Below are positions 49,180 through 57,731 of a stretch of 64,000 nucleotides of DNA, in pieces. Position 1 is the stretch's first letter. Every line of letters starts with the position of its first letter. The notes beneath the pieces were generated by a model. That model was not told the DNA's origin and did no database searches. It saw nothing but the letters and a program-made list of their open reading frames with translations. The stretch comes from Desulfobacteraceae bacterium UBA5852 (GTDB lineage Bacteria; Desulfobacterota; Desulfobacteria; Desulfobacterales; UBA5852), in NCBI GenBank assembly GCA_002432195.1, contig DJGG01000132.1, forward strand, positions 34,407 through 98,406, in the 5' to 3' direction. The position numbers and the translations under genes were made by a program.

Positions 49180-50203
49180 GGCCGGTGGCCTCCTTTTCGA
49201 AGCTCTTCAGAATGCTGTCAGCGATGGCGCGACGCTCCGCGTCCTGACATTCCCGGTAGGTGCGCGGCTGGATGGGCGGCGGATGCCTCCCATTGCCCCC
49301 TGCAGCCCTCCCCCTCCGGGCCGCCTGCAGGTAGGCCTCGAATTTCCCGCTGAACAGCGTTTGCGGCCGCAGGTACTCCTCCATCTTCGAGTCCCCAAGC
49401 CAGATGCCGGCCCGGTGGTCTATGACGGCCTTGAAGTCCTCCAGGCGGTGCCCCTCCCGCCACCTGGCCTTTATGAGGCTCTTGGTGGCCTTGGCGGTCG
49501 CCAGGAACTTGGTCCCTGCCTTCGCGTTCAGGTGGTCGACGATTTCCCCGCAGGGGATAGCCTCGGGGTTATCTCTGCCAGAATGGGTTGCTGGTGGTGT
49601 GGGGTCAGCTGGGGGGGAGGTGTCATCCCCCAAGGGGGGGGGACTACAGGGGGGAGGATACTCTTTGTCTGTTACTGATACTGATACTGGCTTCGGAGGG
49701 GCTTCGGAGGGGCTCCGAAGGGGCTTGGCGCCATCGCGCCGGGCCTTGAGCCCGAGGGCCTCGCCGTACCGGTCGAAGAACGCCCCAAGAAATTGATTTT
49801 TCGGTAAATCCTCATAGCGGGCGTTGATCCACTTCACCCGATTATCCTTCGGGTCCAGCCGTGCTTTGTCCTGCAGGATCTGGAACCGGGCCATTTCGTG
49901 GACCCACACGACCTCGGCCTCCCAGTCGAAGGAGCAAAAACCCACTTCGATGAGGCTTCGAAGGGCTTCCAGCCCCCCTTTGAAGCCCCTCGAGAGCCCC
50001 TCCGAAGCCCCTTCGGAGGGGCTTTGGAGTCCTGTTTCGTGAGGGATCAAGACGCTGGGAAGGTAGTAGATTCCAAGGGGGTTCCGATGCCTGCACGTCA
50101 TGAGGTACAGGGCAACCACTTGGGCCTCGGGCCCCTTTGCTCGGATCGCCCTTCCGGTTTCACCCGTCCAGAATCCGGGCCCCACCATTCCGTAGTCGGC
50201 CAT
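49067..50203 (-). CDS. Replication initiation/organiser protein (phage conserved C-terminal DnaD-like region)
   Basis: Start ATG 50203 (MADYGMVGPGFW) with GGGAGGGG upstream. C-half IVDHLNAKAGTKFLATAKATKSLIKARWREGHRLEDFKAVIDHRAGIWLGD...YLRPQTLFSGKFEAYL matches the conserved phage replication-protein C-terminal domain. The last roughly 35 codons may be read-through into the next gene. Confidence 0.65.
   Translation of the reverse strand: MADYGMVGPGFWTGETGRAIRAKGPEAQVVALYLMTCRHRNPLGIYYLPSVLIPHETGLQSPSEGASEGLSRGFKGGLEALRSLIEVGFCSFDWEAEVVWVHEMARFQILQDKARLDPKDNRVKWINARYEDLPKNQFLGAFFDRYGEALGLKARRDGAKPLRSPSEAPPKPVSVSVTDKEYPPPCSPPPLGDDTSPPADPTPPATHSGRDNPEAIPCGEIVDHLNAKAGTKFLATAKATKSLIKARWREGHRLEDFKAVIDHRAGIWLGDSKMEEYLRPQTLFSGKFEAYLQAARRGRAAGGNGRHPPPIQPRTYRECQDAERRAIADSILKSFEKEATGHAEIGSGDGDCQNLAIERRQTPGSGACGPGGDFSGGP
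49671..50030. repeat. Iteron-like 11-bp repeats inside the replication gene (origin candidate)
   Basis: Three tandem units: GGCTTCGGAGG at 49689-49699 and 49700-49710, then GGCTCCGAAGG at 49711-49721. An inverted copy CCTCCGAAGCC at 49999-50009. Related GAAGCCCCT / AGGGGCTT copies at 49952-50029. TGATAC tandem at 49671-49690. Confidence 0.5.
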
Positions 50204-50222
50204 CGGCTTCCCCTCCCCTGCC

Positions 50223-50438
50223 CTACCGCTTGAATATCTGCCACCACCTCTTGGCCCGGGGCGCCAGCGGCGCTTCCGCCCGGTTACCGGCGCTGTAGGC
50301 TCGGACCGCATGCCCGAATGCCACCAGCATGTTCCTGATTCGTCCCAACTGCCCCCTGCGGTTCTCGGTCTTGAAGGCTTCCTGGGTCACTTCATCGAGG
50401 AGCTTCTCCACCAGACTGACAGGCACCATCTCGGTCAT
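50223..50438 (-). CDS. Hypothetical small protein
   Basis: Internal ATG 50438 (MTEMVPVSLVEKLLDEV). 71 aa, helical. The upstream part of the listed ORF looks non-coding. Confidence 0.4.
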   Translation of the reverse strand: MTEMVPVSLVEKLLDEVTQEAFKTENRRGQLGRIRNMLVAFGHAVRAYSAGNRAEAPLAPRAKRWWQIFKR

Positions 50439-50524
50439 GCTCACCCCCTTGTGTCTACCTATTGTGGTTGTTGACCCCTGCCGACCACCGCCTATTGCGG
50501 TTGGTTCCTGGCAAGAAATAATTT

Positions 50525-50746
50525 TTATCCACAAGCATCCTCGCGGCAAGCTGCTAAAATGCGCGGGAAAATGACGCGATCCTCGGCAAGGATCGCCATC
50601 GCGTGAGCGCGAATGGCTTCATCGGCAAGTTGGGACTTGGTTCGGTTGGTGATGCTGGCGGCGAGTTCCAAAAGCTCGGCTGTGGAGGAACGGATGGAAT
50701 ACGAGCAGCTTTCAGCGGGATCGGCATTCCGGCGCGGCGGCATCAT
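50525..50746 (-). CDS. Ribbon-helix-helix-like regulator candidate
   Basis: Start chosen at ATG 50746 (MMPPRR). YSIRSSTAELLELAASITNRTKSQLADEAIRAHA has the RHH strand-helix-helix pattern. Confidence 0.45.
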   Translation of the reverse strand: MMPPRRNADPAESCSYSIRSSTAELLELAASITNRTKSQLADEAIRAHAMAILAEDRVIFPRILAACREDACG

Positions 50747-50798
50747 TGCCTCCAATAAGGCTTGCGGAATTATTTGCTTTTGGTTTAAGAGTGTTCCT

Positions 50799-51086
50799 TT
50801 AAAGAACACGCCCCCGGCCCGATTGCCTGGTGGTCTTGCCCGTTCCCTTCTTGATCTCGTTCAGGGCATTTGTCAGGAAATCGGTTTCGGCCTTCTGGAC
50901 TCGCAGCAGGACGGCGGCCGGCGGCATGGCTTTCCCGGTTTCGTATTTCGCCAGGGCATTGCGAGCCCTGCGCCGGGCGAGCTGGCTCCCTCCTTTTGGC
51001 ATTTTGAGGTGAACGGCGAACTGCTCCTGGGTCATGCCCAGGAGCCCCCGGACCTTTTTGAAGTAGGCCGCAAGATCGGTTTTCAT
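50799..51086 (-). CDS. XRE-family HTH regulator (leftward arm of the switch)
   Basis: FKKVRGLLGMTQEQFAVHLKMPKGGSQLARRRARNALAKYETG is the XRE HTH pattern. ATG 51086 chosen; GTG 51110 is possible. Confidence 0.75.
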   Translation of the reverse strand: MKTDLAAYFKKVRGLLGMTQEQFAVHLKMPKGGSQLARRRARNALAKYETGKAMPPAAVLLRVQKAETDFLTNALNEIKKGTGKTTRQSGRGRVL

Positions 51087-51111
51087 GCTTTGCCCGATAC
51101 CATGAATCACA

Positions 51112-51136
51112 ATTGACTGTCAATCACATTTGATTG
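51112..51136. promoter_or_regulatory. Overlapping palindromes in the divergent XRE intergenic region (operator candidates)
   Basis: ATTGACTGTCAAT (51112-51124) and CAATCACATTTGATTG (51121-51136). TTGACT could double as a -35 element. Confidence 0.4.
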
Positions 51137-51183
51137 GCATTTCGGGATATCTACAGGCACATACGATACGGGAGGCGGGCGGC

Positions 51184-51624
51184 ATGCAATACGACACGGA
51201 TGCCATGCGCAGGCTGAGAACGGCGAGGGGGTTACGCCAAGATGCCCTCGCGGAAGCCCTCGGAATTACCCGCAGCGGGTACTCGAAAAAGGAAACCGGC
51301 GTCGTGCCGGTGACCATTGCGGAGCTGGCGCTCCTGGCGAAGTTCTACAAAGTGAGCCTGTCCGAGTTTTTCACCAATTCGCCCTTCACCGACAAGCCGT
51401 TCATTGAGCAGGCCGCTGTTGACCAGGACCGGCTTTCTTGGCTGCAGGAGCAGAACGAATGGCTGAAAAGCCAGCTTGAGGCCGAGCGCAAGGAAGTCCA
51501 AGATCTCCGGGGCGAACTTTCCAACTACAGGAAGGAAGCCCTCGAACTAAAAAAAGCCCTGGCAGAGTACAAAACTCGACTGGAAGCCGCTCTTGCTGCT
51601 CTGCCGGAAAGCAAGGCCTGTTAA
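51184..51624 (+). CDS. XRE-family HTH regulator with C-terminal coiled coil (rightward arm)
   Basis: ATG 51184 with GGGAGG upstream. LRTARGLRQDALAEALGITRSGYSKKETGVVPVTIAELALLAKFYKVSLSEFF, then the leucine-zipper-like LQEQNEWLKSQLEAERKEVQDLRGEL. Confidence 0.75.
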   Translation: MQYDTDAMRRLRTARGLRQDALAEALGITRSGYSKKETGVVPVTIAELALLAKFYKVSLSEFFTNSPFTDKPFIEQAAVDQDRLSWLQEQNEWLKSQLEAERKEVQDLRGELSNYRKEALELKKALAEYKTRLEAALAALPESKAC

Positions 51625-51668
51625 TAAACCCTGCTCTGGGTTCGGTTTCCGGTCGAGCGCCATCCGAC

Positions 51669-52073
51669 GTGGCGGCCTTTGTTGACGCCTTCGTGCGGAA
51701 GCACAGGGCCTCTGCCTTCTGGGTCAGCCGGGATGGCGACCTGGTGCGTTGGACCATCAACCCCGAAACGCCCGCCATTTTCGTCCCCAAGGACGCCTCC
51801 ACCGGCCCCATTTCGCGGTATTTTTCAAACGCTGCATCCGTGGCCACCATCAGCCACGTTGATCGCGTTTGCGCCACCGGCAAGCCGGAATGGGTCCGTC
51901 GGCGCTATGTCGGGCCGGAAGAAACCATTCACCGCCTGGTGGGCTACATCCCACTGAACCGAGGCCTTGCCGTCGTCATCCAGCGCCGCTGCGAGGCCTG
52001 CTCGAGAAACCCTCAAGCCAATCCCGATTGCGAGGAAATCCTCCTTAAACAGCTCGCCCAAAAAATTTCTTGA
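51669..52073 (+). CDS. Hypothetical protein
   Basis: 134 aa, normal composition, Cys cluster near the C-terminus (CEACSRNPQANPDC). No motif recognised. Confidence 0.5.
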   Translation: MAAFVDAFVRKHRASAFWVSRDGDLVRWTINPETPAIFVPKDASTGPISRYFSNAASVATISHVDRVCATGKPEWVRRRYVGPEETIHRLVGYIPLNRGLAVVIQRRCEACSRNPQANPDCEEILLKQLAQKIS

Positions 52074-52092
52074 TACAACTCCATTTCTGTTC

Positions 52093-52122
52093 TTGACAAT
52101 CACCTTTTGTGCCTGATATTAA
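52093..52122 (+). promoter_or_regulatory. Near-consensus sigma70-type promoter
   Basis: TTGACA (52093-52098), 16-18-nt spacer, GATATTAA (52115-52122). Confidence 0.35.
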
Positions 52123-52160
52123 CCGCAGCATCGGGGCTAACCCCATGCTGCGGTTTCTCG
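52123..52160 (+). terminator. Intrinsic terminator-like hairpin
   Basis: CCGCAGCATCGGGG-CTAA-CCCCATGCTGCGG (13 bp, one bulged C) followed by TTTCT. 50 nt after the stop of the 134-aa gene and immediately after the candidate promoter. Confidence 0.5.
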
Positions 52161-52314
52161 CTCTATGTGCGGTTACCGCGGCGCCTCCGGGTAAGGCCAT
52201 TGGCGAGTCCTCACTTTGCTGATGCGACTTCGCCGGCACCGGACCGCGGGGTGCGCTCTAACGGCAAAGGCGCGTTCAACCAACCGCAACATCTTCAGGG
52301 AAGGAAGGGCGTTC

Positions 52315-52665
52315 GTGGAACAGCCGCAAGAGGAAAAGGTCAGCTTGGTGAACATCAACGGCGGGGCCGCAGTCGAAATGTTCGACCATGAGCTGGAGAA
52401 GGTCATGGCCAACATTTCCGACATCAACACCGGGATGGGCGCTCGCTCCGTGACCCTCAAGGTCACCATCAAGCCCAGCGACGAGGGCCGCACCGTAGTC
52501 GGCTACGCCATCGAGGCCAAGAGCACCACCTGCGGCGTGGCACCCGTCAAGGGCGTGGCCCATGTCCGGCTCGACTCCCGGGGCAAGTCCTACGCCCAGG
52601 AGAGAAACCCAAACCAGCCTTCGCTTCCCGGTTTGGGCACCGTGAAGGCCTTCAGAAAGGAATAG
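52315..52665 (+). CDS. Hypothetical early protein
   Basis: GTG 52315 with GGAAGGAAGGG upstream. 116 aa (VEQPQEEKVSLVNINGGAAVEMFDHELEKVMANI...). The earlier part of the listed ORF is R-rich and looks non-coding. Confidence 0.55.
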   Translation: MEQPQEEKVSLVNINGGAAVEMFDHELEKVMANISDINTGMGARSVTLKVTIKPSDEGRTVVGYAIEAKSTTCGVAPVKGVAHVRLDSRGKSYAQERNPNQPSLPGLGTVKAFRKE

Positions 52666-52671
52666 GCGCAC

Positions 52672-53406
52672 ATGATCAAAGATGCTTTGCAGCACCTGGA
52701 GGACAGATTTCGAGAGGCCAACCGGCCCCAGACCGTCGAAATCGATGACCGACGCTACTTCCGGGCCAAGGATGGCAGTCTGGCTGTGGTGAAACGGCCT
52801 GAGGAACACCGGCCGGATGTGCTGAACTTCTCCACCCTCACTGCTCTTGTGGCCTTCATGGAAGGCGAAGCCAAGGGCTTCAACGACCTTGCACTCCTGG
52901 TCCGGGAGCACTCCAAGGTGCTGGTCCTGGGTCCCTTGGATCCCAAAAACTTCAACATCCGCTTTATCTACGCCATGGCCGAGGGCCCGGATTGCGGCTT
53001 TCCCTTCGGCCGCTACCTCGACCTGGAATCCTTCATCATCGGGATCCAGGCCCAATTCATTCGCACCGAGCGGGTGGACGCGATCCTGGGGCTTCTCGCC
53101 TCCGTGGTGGACGAGAATGTCAAGGAGAACGCCGACGACGGCTTCTCGCAGTCGATCCGCATTCGCACCGGAATCACCCTGAAGGCCGAGGTGAAGGTCG
53201 AAAACCCGATTTCTCTGGCCCCCTACCGGACCTTCCGCGAGGTCCAGCAGCCGGAATCCAATTTCATCATCCGCTTCCGCAAGTCGGGCGACGGGCTCTG
53301 CGTCGGGCTTTTTGAAGCTGATGGGGGCGCCTGGAAGAACGAGGCCGCGGCCAGGGTGCGACAGTTCCTGGTCGACAAGCTCCCGGGTCAGGTGATCTAC
53401 GCCTGA
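52672..53406 (+). CDS. Hypothetical early protein
   Basis: 244 aa, normal composition. The antisense 379-aa ORF is rejected. Confidence 0.6.
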   Translation: MIKDALQHLEDRFREANRPQTVEIDDRRYFRAKDGSLAVVKRPEEHRPDVLNFSTLTALVAFMEGEAKGFNDLALLVREHSKVLVLGPLDPKNFNIRFIYAMAEGPDCGFPFGRYLDLESFIIGIQAQFIRTERVDAILGLLASVVDENVKENADDGFSQSIRIRTGITLKAEVKVENPISLAPYRTFREVQQPESNFIIRFRKSGDGLCVGLFEADGGAWKNEAAARVRQFLVDKLPGQVIYA

Positions 53407-53466
53407 CCCGGACACGGCGGCCCGAGCCGGCGAGGGGCCGGGCCGCCTTTACCAGGGAGTCGAGTC

Positions 53467-54000
53467 ATGGAGCAGATCACCTTTATCGAGATCCCGAGCA
53501 AGCGGAGCGCCGGCCGCTGTTCCGTCTGCGGGCGGCCTCTGACGGACCCGGAAAGCCTTTCGCGGGGTATGGGCCCCATCTGCGGGGGGAAGTCATCGAC
53601 CCCTGAAAACGTGACCCGTAACTACACCGACGACTTCATTGACGACGTACGCCTGACGGAAGCCCTTGTCCTGAGACGATCCAGCGACGGCCGCCCCCAG
53701 ACCAACGTGCCTCATCTGGCAGTCGCCCATTCCCCCACAGGGTTCGAATTTGGCTACGGCGGGAGCGGGCCCGCGGACCTGGCCCTGAATGCAGTGGAAG
53801 CCCTACTCATCGAAATTGGCTTCCAGGGCCCGCGCATGAACGTGAACGACGGTTCGTGCTTCTGCATCGCCCTGACGCTCCACCAGGATTTCAAATGGCA
53901 GTTCATCGCCAAGGCGCCGCGCGAAGGCGCCCGGTTCAACTTCTCCGAGATCAAAGCTTGGGTGGAGTCGCACATCGGTCAACAGGGGGGTGCCCCATGA
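53467..54000 (+). CDS. Zinc-ribbon (DUF6011-like) phage protein
   Basis: N-terminal CSVCGRPLTDPESLSRGMGPICGGK. Later HSPTGFEFGYGGSGPADLALNAVEALL, a block I recall from phage proteins of unknown function. Confidence 0.55.
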   Translation: MEQITFIEIPSKRSAGRCSVCGRPLTDPESLSRGMGPICGGKSSTPENVTRNYTDDFIDDVRLTEALVLRRSSDGRPQTNVPHLAVAHSPTGFEFGYGGSGPADLALNAVEALLIEIGFQGPRMNVNDGSCFCIALTLHQDFKWQFIAKAPREGARFNFSEIKAWVESHIGQQGGAP

Positions 54001-54266
54001 ACATGCCCATGTCGATCCCGACCGACGAGGAGCTGAGGTCCGACCTGATTAACGAAAACGCGGAGAAGATCATCGACCACATCGAGGGGATACTGGTCGC
54101 CACGATGGACAACGGCGTCACGCAGGCCCTTTACAACCTCATGCATGAAACCCGCAACCGCTCAGGCAAAGGGTGGCTGTTCGTGGACATCCTGAATGCG
54201 CTGCGAGACATCAAGATCGTGAACAGGCGCCTGGAGCGCAGCCTGGATGAGCTGAAGGAATTATGA
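53997..54266 (+). CDS. Hypothetical small protein
   Basis: ATG 53997 overlaps the upstream TGA (ATGA). 89 aa, helical. Confidence 0.5.
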   Translation: MNMPMSIPTDEELRSDLINENAEKIIDHIEGILVATMDNGVTQALYNLMHETRNRSGKGWLFVDILNALRDIKIVNRRLERSLDELKEL

Positions 54267-54817
54267 CCTACACCAACGACACAGGCTTTCCCTCCGTGAC
54301 CGAGATCCTCTCTCCCTGGATCGACAAGAGCTGGTTCACGGAGGAGCATGCCGAGCGCGGAAGCATGGCCCACGCTGCTGTCGCCGCAGAGATCCTGGGG
54401 CTCTATTACCCACCCATCCGGCAGGATTGGAAGGGCTACGTCACGAGTGCCCTGCGGTGGATCGACGACATGGTCCAGGATGCTCTGCTCGTGGAGGAGC
54501 GCCTGGTGGATCCCCATCGGCGCTTCTGCGGGAAGCCGGACCTGTTGGCCCGACTGAAGGACAACACCCTGTGTCTGGTCGACTTCAAGACCAGCAAGGT
54601 CGCCTACAACTGGTGGCCGATCCAGGTGGCTGCCTACCGGGCCTTGGCCTCCATCCACGGCCATCACACCACCCGAGGCCTCTGCCTGCGGCTGCGAGAG
54701 GACGGAGGCCCCGCCCTAGTGACCGAGTACACCAGCTCCCATAACCGAAATCTGAACGTTTTCCATTCGGCCCTGAACACCCACCACTATTTCCATGGAG
54801 AAAGGAAGGCCGCATGA
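54263..54817 (+). CDS. PD-(D/E)xK (RecB/Cas4-like) nuclease
   Basis: 184 aa. SVTEIL...GSMAHAAV...GKPDLLARLKDNTLCLVDFKTSK...QVAAY is the D...D/E-x-K core with flanking conserved residues. Confidence 0.65.
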   Translation: MTYTNDTGFPSVTEILSPWIDKSWFTEEHAERGSMAHAAVAAEILGLYYPPIRQDWKGYVTSALRWIDDMVQDALLVEERLVDPHRRFCGKPDLLARLKDNTLCLVDFKTSKVAYNWWPIQVAAYRALASIHGHHTTRGLCLRLREDGGPALVTEYTSSHNRNLNVFHSALNTHHYFHGERKAA

Positions 54818-55635
54818 ACCCCTTCAGCTACGATGCCTTACTTGAGGACGAACCCGCCGTCGAACCTGCGGTGGAGAGGCCCGTTGTGCTACCTGCTGAT
54901 AACCCGCCGGCTGCCGGCCGCCCCTGGGCCATGCTGGACCCCGAGGCCGCCCGCCTGAAGTTTTCCGAGTTCCAGGCGCAAATCGCCACGATGAAAGCTC
55001 AAGCCGGGGCGCACCAAATCACCGACCAGGCCAGCCTGAACCTTGGCATTGAAATGGTCGCCCAGGGAAAGAAGATGCTGAAAGCTGTGGACGTGCGCCG
55101 CAAGGCCATCATCGAAGTGCCCGACGGCTTTGTCTCCAGCGTCAACACATTCTGCCGGAAGATTTCCAACGACATCAAGGCCATCATCACCCCCCTGGAT
55201 GCCCGGGTGAACGCCTTCATGGTCGAGCAGGACCGCCTGCGCCGGGAAGCCGAGCGCAAGGCCCGGGAGGAAGCCGAGGCCGAGCGCCGCCGGCTGGAGG
55301 ACGAGGCCGCCGCCGAGCGCGCCCGCATCGAGGCCGAGGCAATGGCCAATGGCGCCAGCAAGGAGGAGGCCGCCGCCGAGGCCCAGGCCGCCGTCGATCC
55401 CATCATCCCCGTGGTTCCCGTGACAGCCCCAGCCTCCACCGTCACCCGCACCGCCGAGGGCACCGCCCACCTCCGGAAGGATTGGGCCTGGGAGGAAGTG
55501 GACTTCAACCTCGTGCCCCGGGAATACCTCATGCTGGACACCAAGAAGCTCAACCAGGCCGTGAAGGCGGGCGTCCGAGAGATTCCAGGCATCCGCATCT
55601 TCGAAAAGCCCAAGACCAACTACCGGACCAAGTAA
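54814..55635 (+). CDS. Hypothetical coiled-coil protein of the recombination module
   Basis: 273 aa. Central EAERKAREEAEAERRRLEDEAAAERARIEAEA. No enzymatic motif. Confidence 0.55.
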   Translation: MNPFSYDALLEDEPAVEPAVERPVVLPADNPPAAGRPWAMLDPEAARLKFSEFQAQIATMKAQAGAHQITDQASLNLGIEMVAQGKKMLKAVDVRRKAIIEVPDGFVSSVNTFCRKISNDIKAIITPLDARVNAFMVEQDRLRREAERKAREEAEAERRRLEDEAAAERARIEAEAMANGASKEEAAAEAQAAVDPIIPVVPVTAPASTVTRTAEGTAHLRKDWAWEEVDFNLVPREYLMLDTKKLNQAVKAGVREIPGIRIFEKPKTNYRTK

Positions 55636-55648
55636 CCAGGAGGCAGAT

Positions 55649-56896
55649 ATGACCGCGCTGGCACTACAGCAAACTACTACGGCCCTGACCGCCCGCGACC
55701 CCGCGGCGGTGGCCGCGGCCGAGTCTTCCAAGGCCAGAATTCAGGCCGCCTACATCATGGCGCTGCAGAAGCGCCGGGACGAGGACCAGGCCCGCGACCG
55801 AATCCTTGCCGCCTGCCGGCGGCCGGCCTTTGCCGAGCGGGTGGAGTTCAACAAGCCGGTCGGCAACACCACCATCAAAGGCCCCTCCATCCGCTTCGCG
55901 GAGCTTGCCCTGCGTGAGTGGGGCAACGTCTTCACGTCCACCCAGGTCCTCTACGAAGACGACCTGATGAAGCGCATCCGGGTGGAGACCCTGGACCTGG
56001 AGACGAACGCCAACTTCGCCAAGGAGATTCAGTACCGCAAAACGGTGGAGCGCGCCTCCAAGCATGGGCGGGAGGATGACGTTCTGGGAGAGCGGACCAA
56101 CACCAAGGGCAAGCCGGTCTTCATCCTGCGGGCCACGGAGGAAGAAGCGCAGATCAAGGAGAACGCCCTCATCAGCAAGACGATCCGCAACGAGGGGCTG
56201 CGGCTGATCCCCTCCGACATCATCGACGAGGCCATCGACACCGCCCGGGCCACCCTCAAGCAGCGCGACGCAGCCGACCCGGCGGCCGCCAAAAAGGCGA
56301 TCCTCGACAACTTCAGCGCCATCGGAGTCAAGCCGGCAGCCCTGAAGTCCTACCTGGGCCACGACATCGAGGCCTGCTCCCCCGCCGAGCTCCAGGACCT
56401 GCGGGGCATGTTCCGGGCCATCCGCGACGGGGAAGCCACCTGGTCCGACTACATCACCCGGGCCACCGCCGGGGAGGGCGATGAGCCCCCTCCTCCGCCC
56501 GACACCAAGGCCTTCGACGAGGCCATGAAAGACCTGCCGGCCGAACCCCTGGCCGCCTTCGTAAACCTGGCCGCCAGGAATTTCGGCAAGCCGGTGGACG
56601 AGTTCAGGGCCTTTGTGGGCACCACCGAAGGGGAGGTCGCCCGGTTCCGCAACGCCTTCGCCGCCTGGCAAAAAAAGCATGCCAAGGCCAAGCCGCCGAA
56701 GGCTCAACCGGCTCCCGCCCCCGACGGTGGGGAATCCCTTGCCGAATCCATCGATGAGCGCCTGGCCCAGGGAGATGAATCCATGATCGCCGCCATGGAG
56801 GCCCTGGGGGTCACCAACTGCCCGGCCAAGCCAGAAGATCAGCGCAAGCTCTGGAGCAAGTATCAGGAGCTTCTGGAGGCCACCGGTGGGGCTTGA
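55649..56896 (+). CDS. Hypothetical protein, possible single-strand annealing/recombination partner (context only)
   Basis: 415 aa. The conserved-looking N-half (ARIQAAYIMALQKRRDEDQARDRILAACRRPAFAERVEFNKPVG...GPSIRFAELALREWGNV) sits next to the PD-ExK nuclease. Family not recognised with confidence. Confidence 0.5.
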   Translation: MTALALQQTTTALTARDPAAVAAAESSKARIQAAYIMALQKRRDEDQARDRILAACRRPAFAERVEFNKPVGNTTIKGPSIRFAELALREWGNVFTSTQVLYEDDLMKRIRVETLDLETNANFAKEIQYRKTVERASKHGREDDVLGERTNTKGKPVFILRATEEEAQIKENALISKTIRNEGLRLIPSDIIDEAIDTARATLKQRDAADPAAAKKAILDNFSAIGVKPAALKSYLGHDIEACSPAELQDLRGMFRAIRDGEATWSDYITRATAGEGDEPPPPPDTKAFDEAMKDLPAEPLAAFVNLAARNFGKPVDEFRAFVGTTEGEVARFRNAFAAWQKKHAKAKPPKAQPAPAPDGGESLAESIDERLAQGDESMIAAMEALGVTNCPAKPEDQRKLWSKYQELLEATGGA

Positions 56897-57341
56897 TGTG
56901 CGCCTGATCGTGGGGAGCGACTTCGCGTTGCGGCCGGCGTCGGTGGAGGACCTGGAAGCCATCCGGCGCCTTCCGCAACGATTCCCTGTCGCGGCCGAGA
57001 TCACCCGGCCGGGACCCAAGAAGCTTCGCAGCTACCGGCAGCTTTGTAAGTACTTCGTCATGTGCGGGCTAGTGGCCGAGAACGCGAGCGACAACTCCAA
57101 CATGAATACGAAGGCCAAGGTGGACCACTTGACCAGGATCCGGTGCGACTTCGTCGAGGACGTCATCTGGCACCAGGACAAGGGCACCTTGCTCTGGATC
57201 CCCAAGCGCCTCAACTACGCCAGTTGCGACCAAGACGATGCCAACCGGTTCATGAACGATGCCCTGCCCCACCTGGCCGATGCCATCGGCACGGACCCTT
57301 CCGCCCTGGACCGCGAAGCCGAAAGGCGGGTCGGATGGTAG
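56886..57341 (+). CDS. Hypothetical protein
   Basis: 151 aa. GTG start is uncertain (56886 or 56898). No motif recognised. Confidence 0.45.
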   Translation: MGLDVRLIVGSDFALRPASVEDLEAIRRLPQRFPVAAEITRPGPKKLRSYRQLCKYFVMCGLVAENASDNSNMNTKAKVDHLTRIRCDFVEDVIWHQDKGTLLWIPKRLNYASCDQDDANRFMNDALPHLADAIGTDPSALDREAERRVGW

Positions 57342-57685
57342 AGAAACGGAAGCGCCCCCCGGTGGACTGGTTCGGCTTCGCAGCCCCGAAGGTGGGTCGC
57401 GTGATTCTGGTGGGGGGCGCATACGATGCTCTGCGGAAACAGGTCTTTGGACGCGACGACTGGCGCTGCGTGATCTGCGGCAGCAGGGAGAACCTCGAAC
57501 TCGGGCACATCATCGGCCGCTGGAACGTCCGGCGGGACACCCCCGGGAACACGGCCTGCATGTGTCGCGTCTGCAACCGGGGGCTGGAAGATGGCACCCT
57601 TTGGGTTGAGAGGTGGGACGGCACCCGGCCGGCCGTGGTGTGGGCCCGCAGCAACCCTGAACACCAGTGGGTGCGGGTGAAATAG
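57335..57685 (+). CDS. HNH endonuclease
   Basis: ATG 57335 (MVEKRKRPP), 116 aa. CVICGSRENLELGHIIGR...NTACMCRVCN is the Cys-box plus H-N-(N/H) pattern. The upstream part of the listed 207-aa ORF is shadow. Confidence 0.75.
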   Translation: MVEKRKRPPVDWFGFAAPKVGRVILVGGAYDALRKQVFGRDDWRCVICGSRENLELGHIIGRWNVRRDTPGNTACMCRVCNRGLEDGTLWVERWDGTRPAVVWARSNPEHQWVRVK

Positions 57686-57731
57686 GACAGGGCCATCAGC
57701 CCGTTTCAGGTCGTGGATAAAGGAGTGCGTC

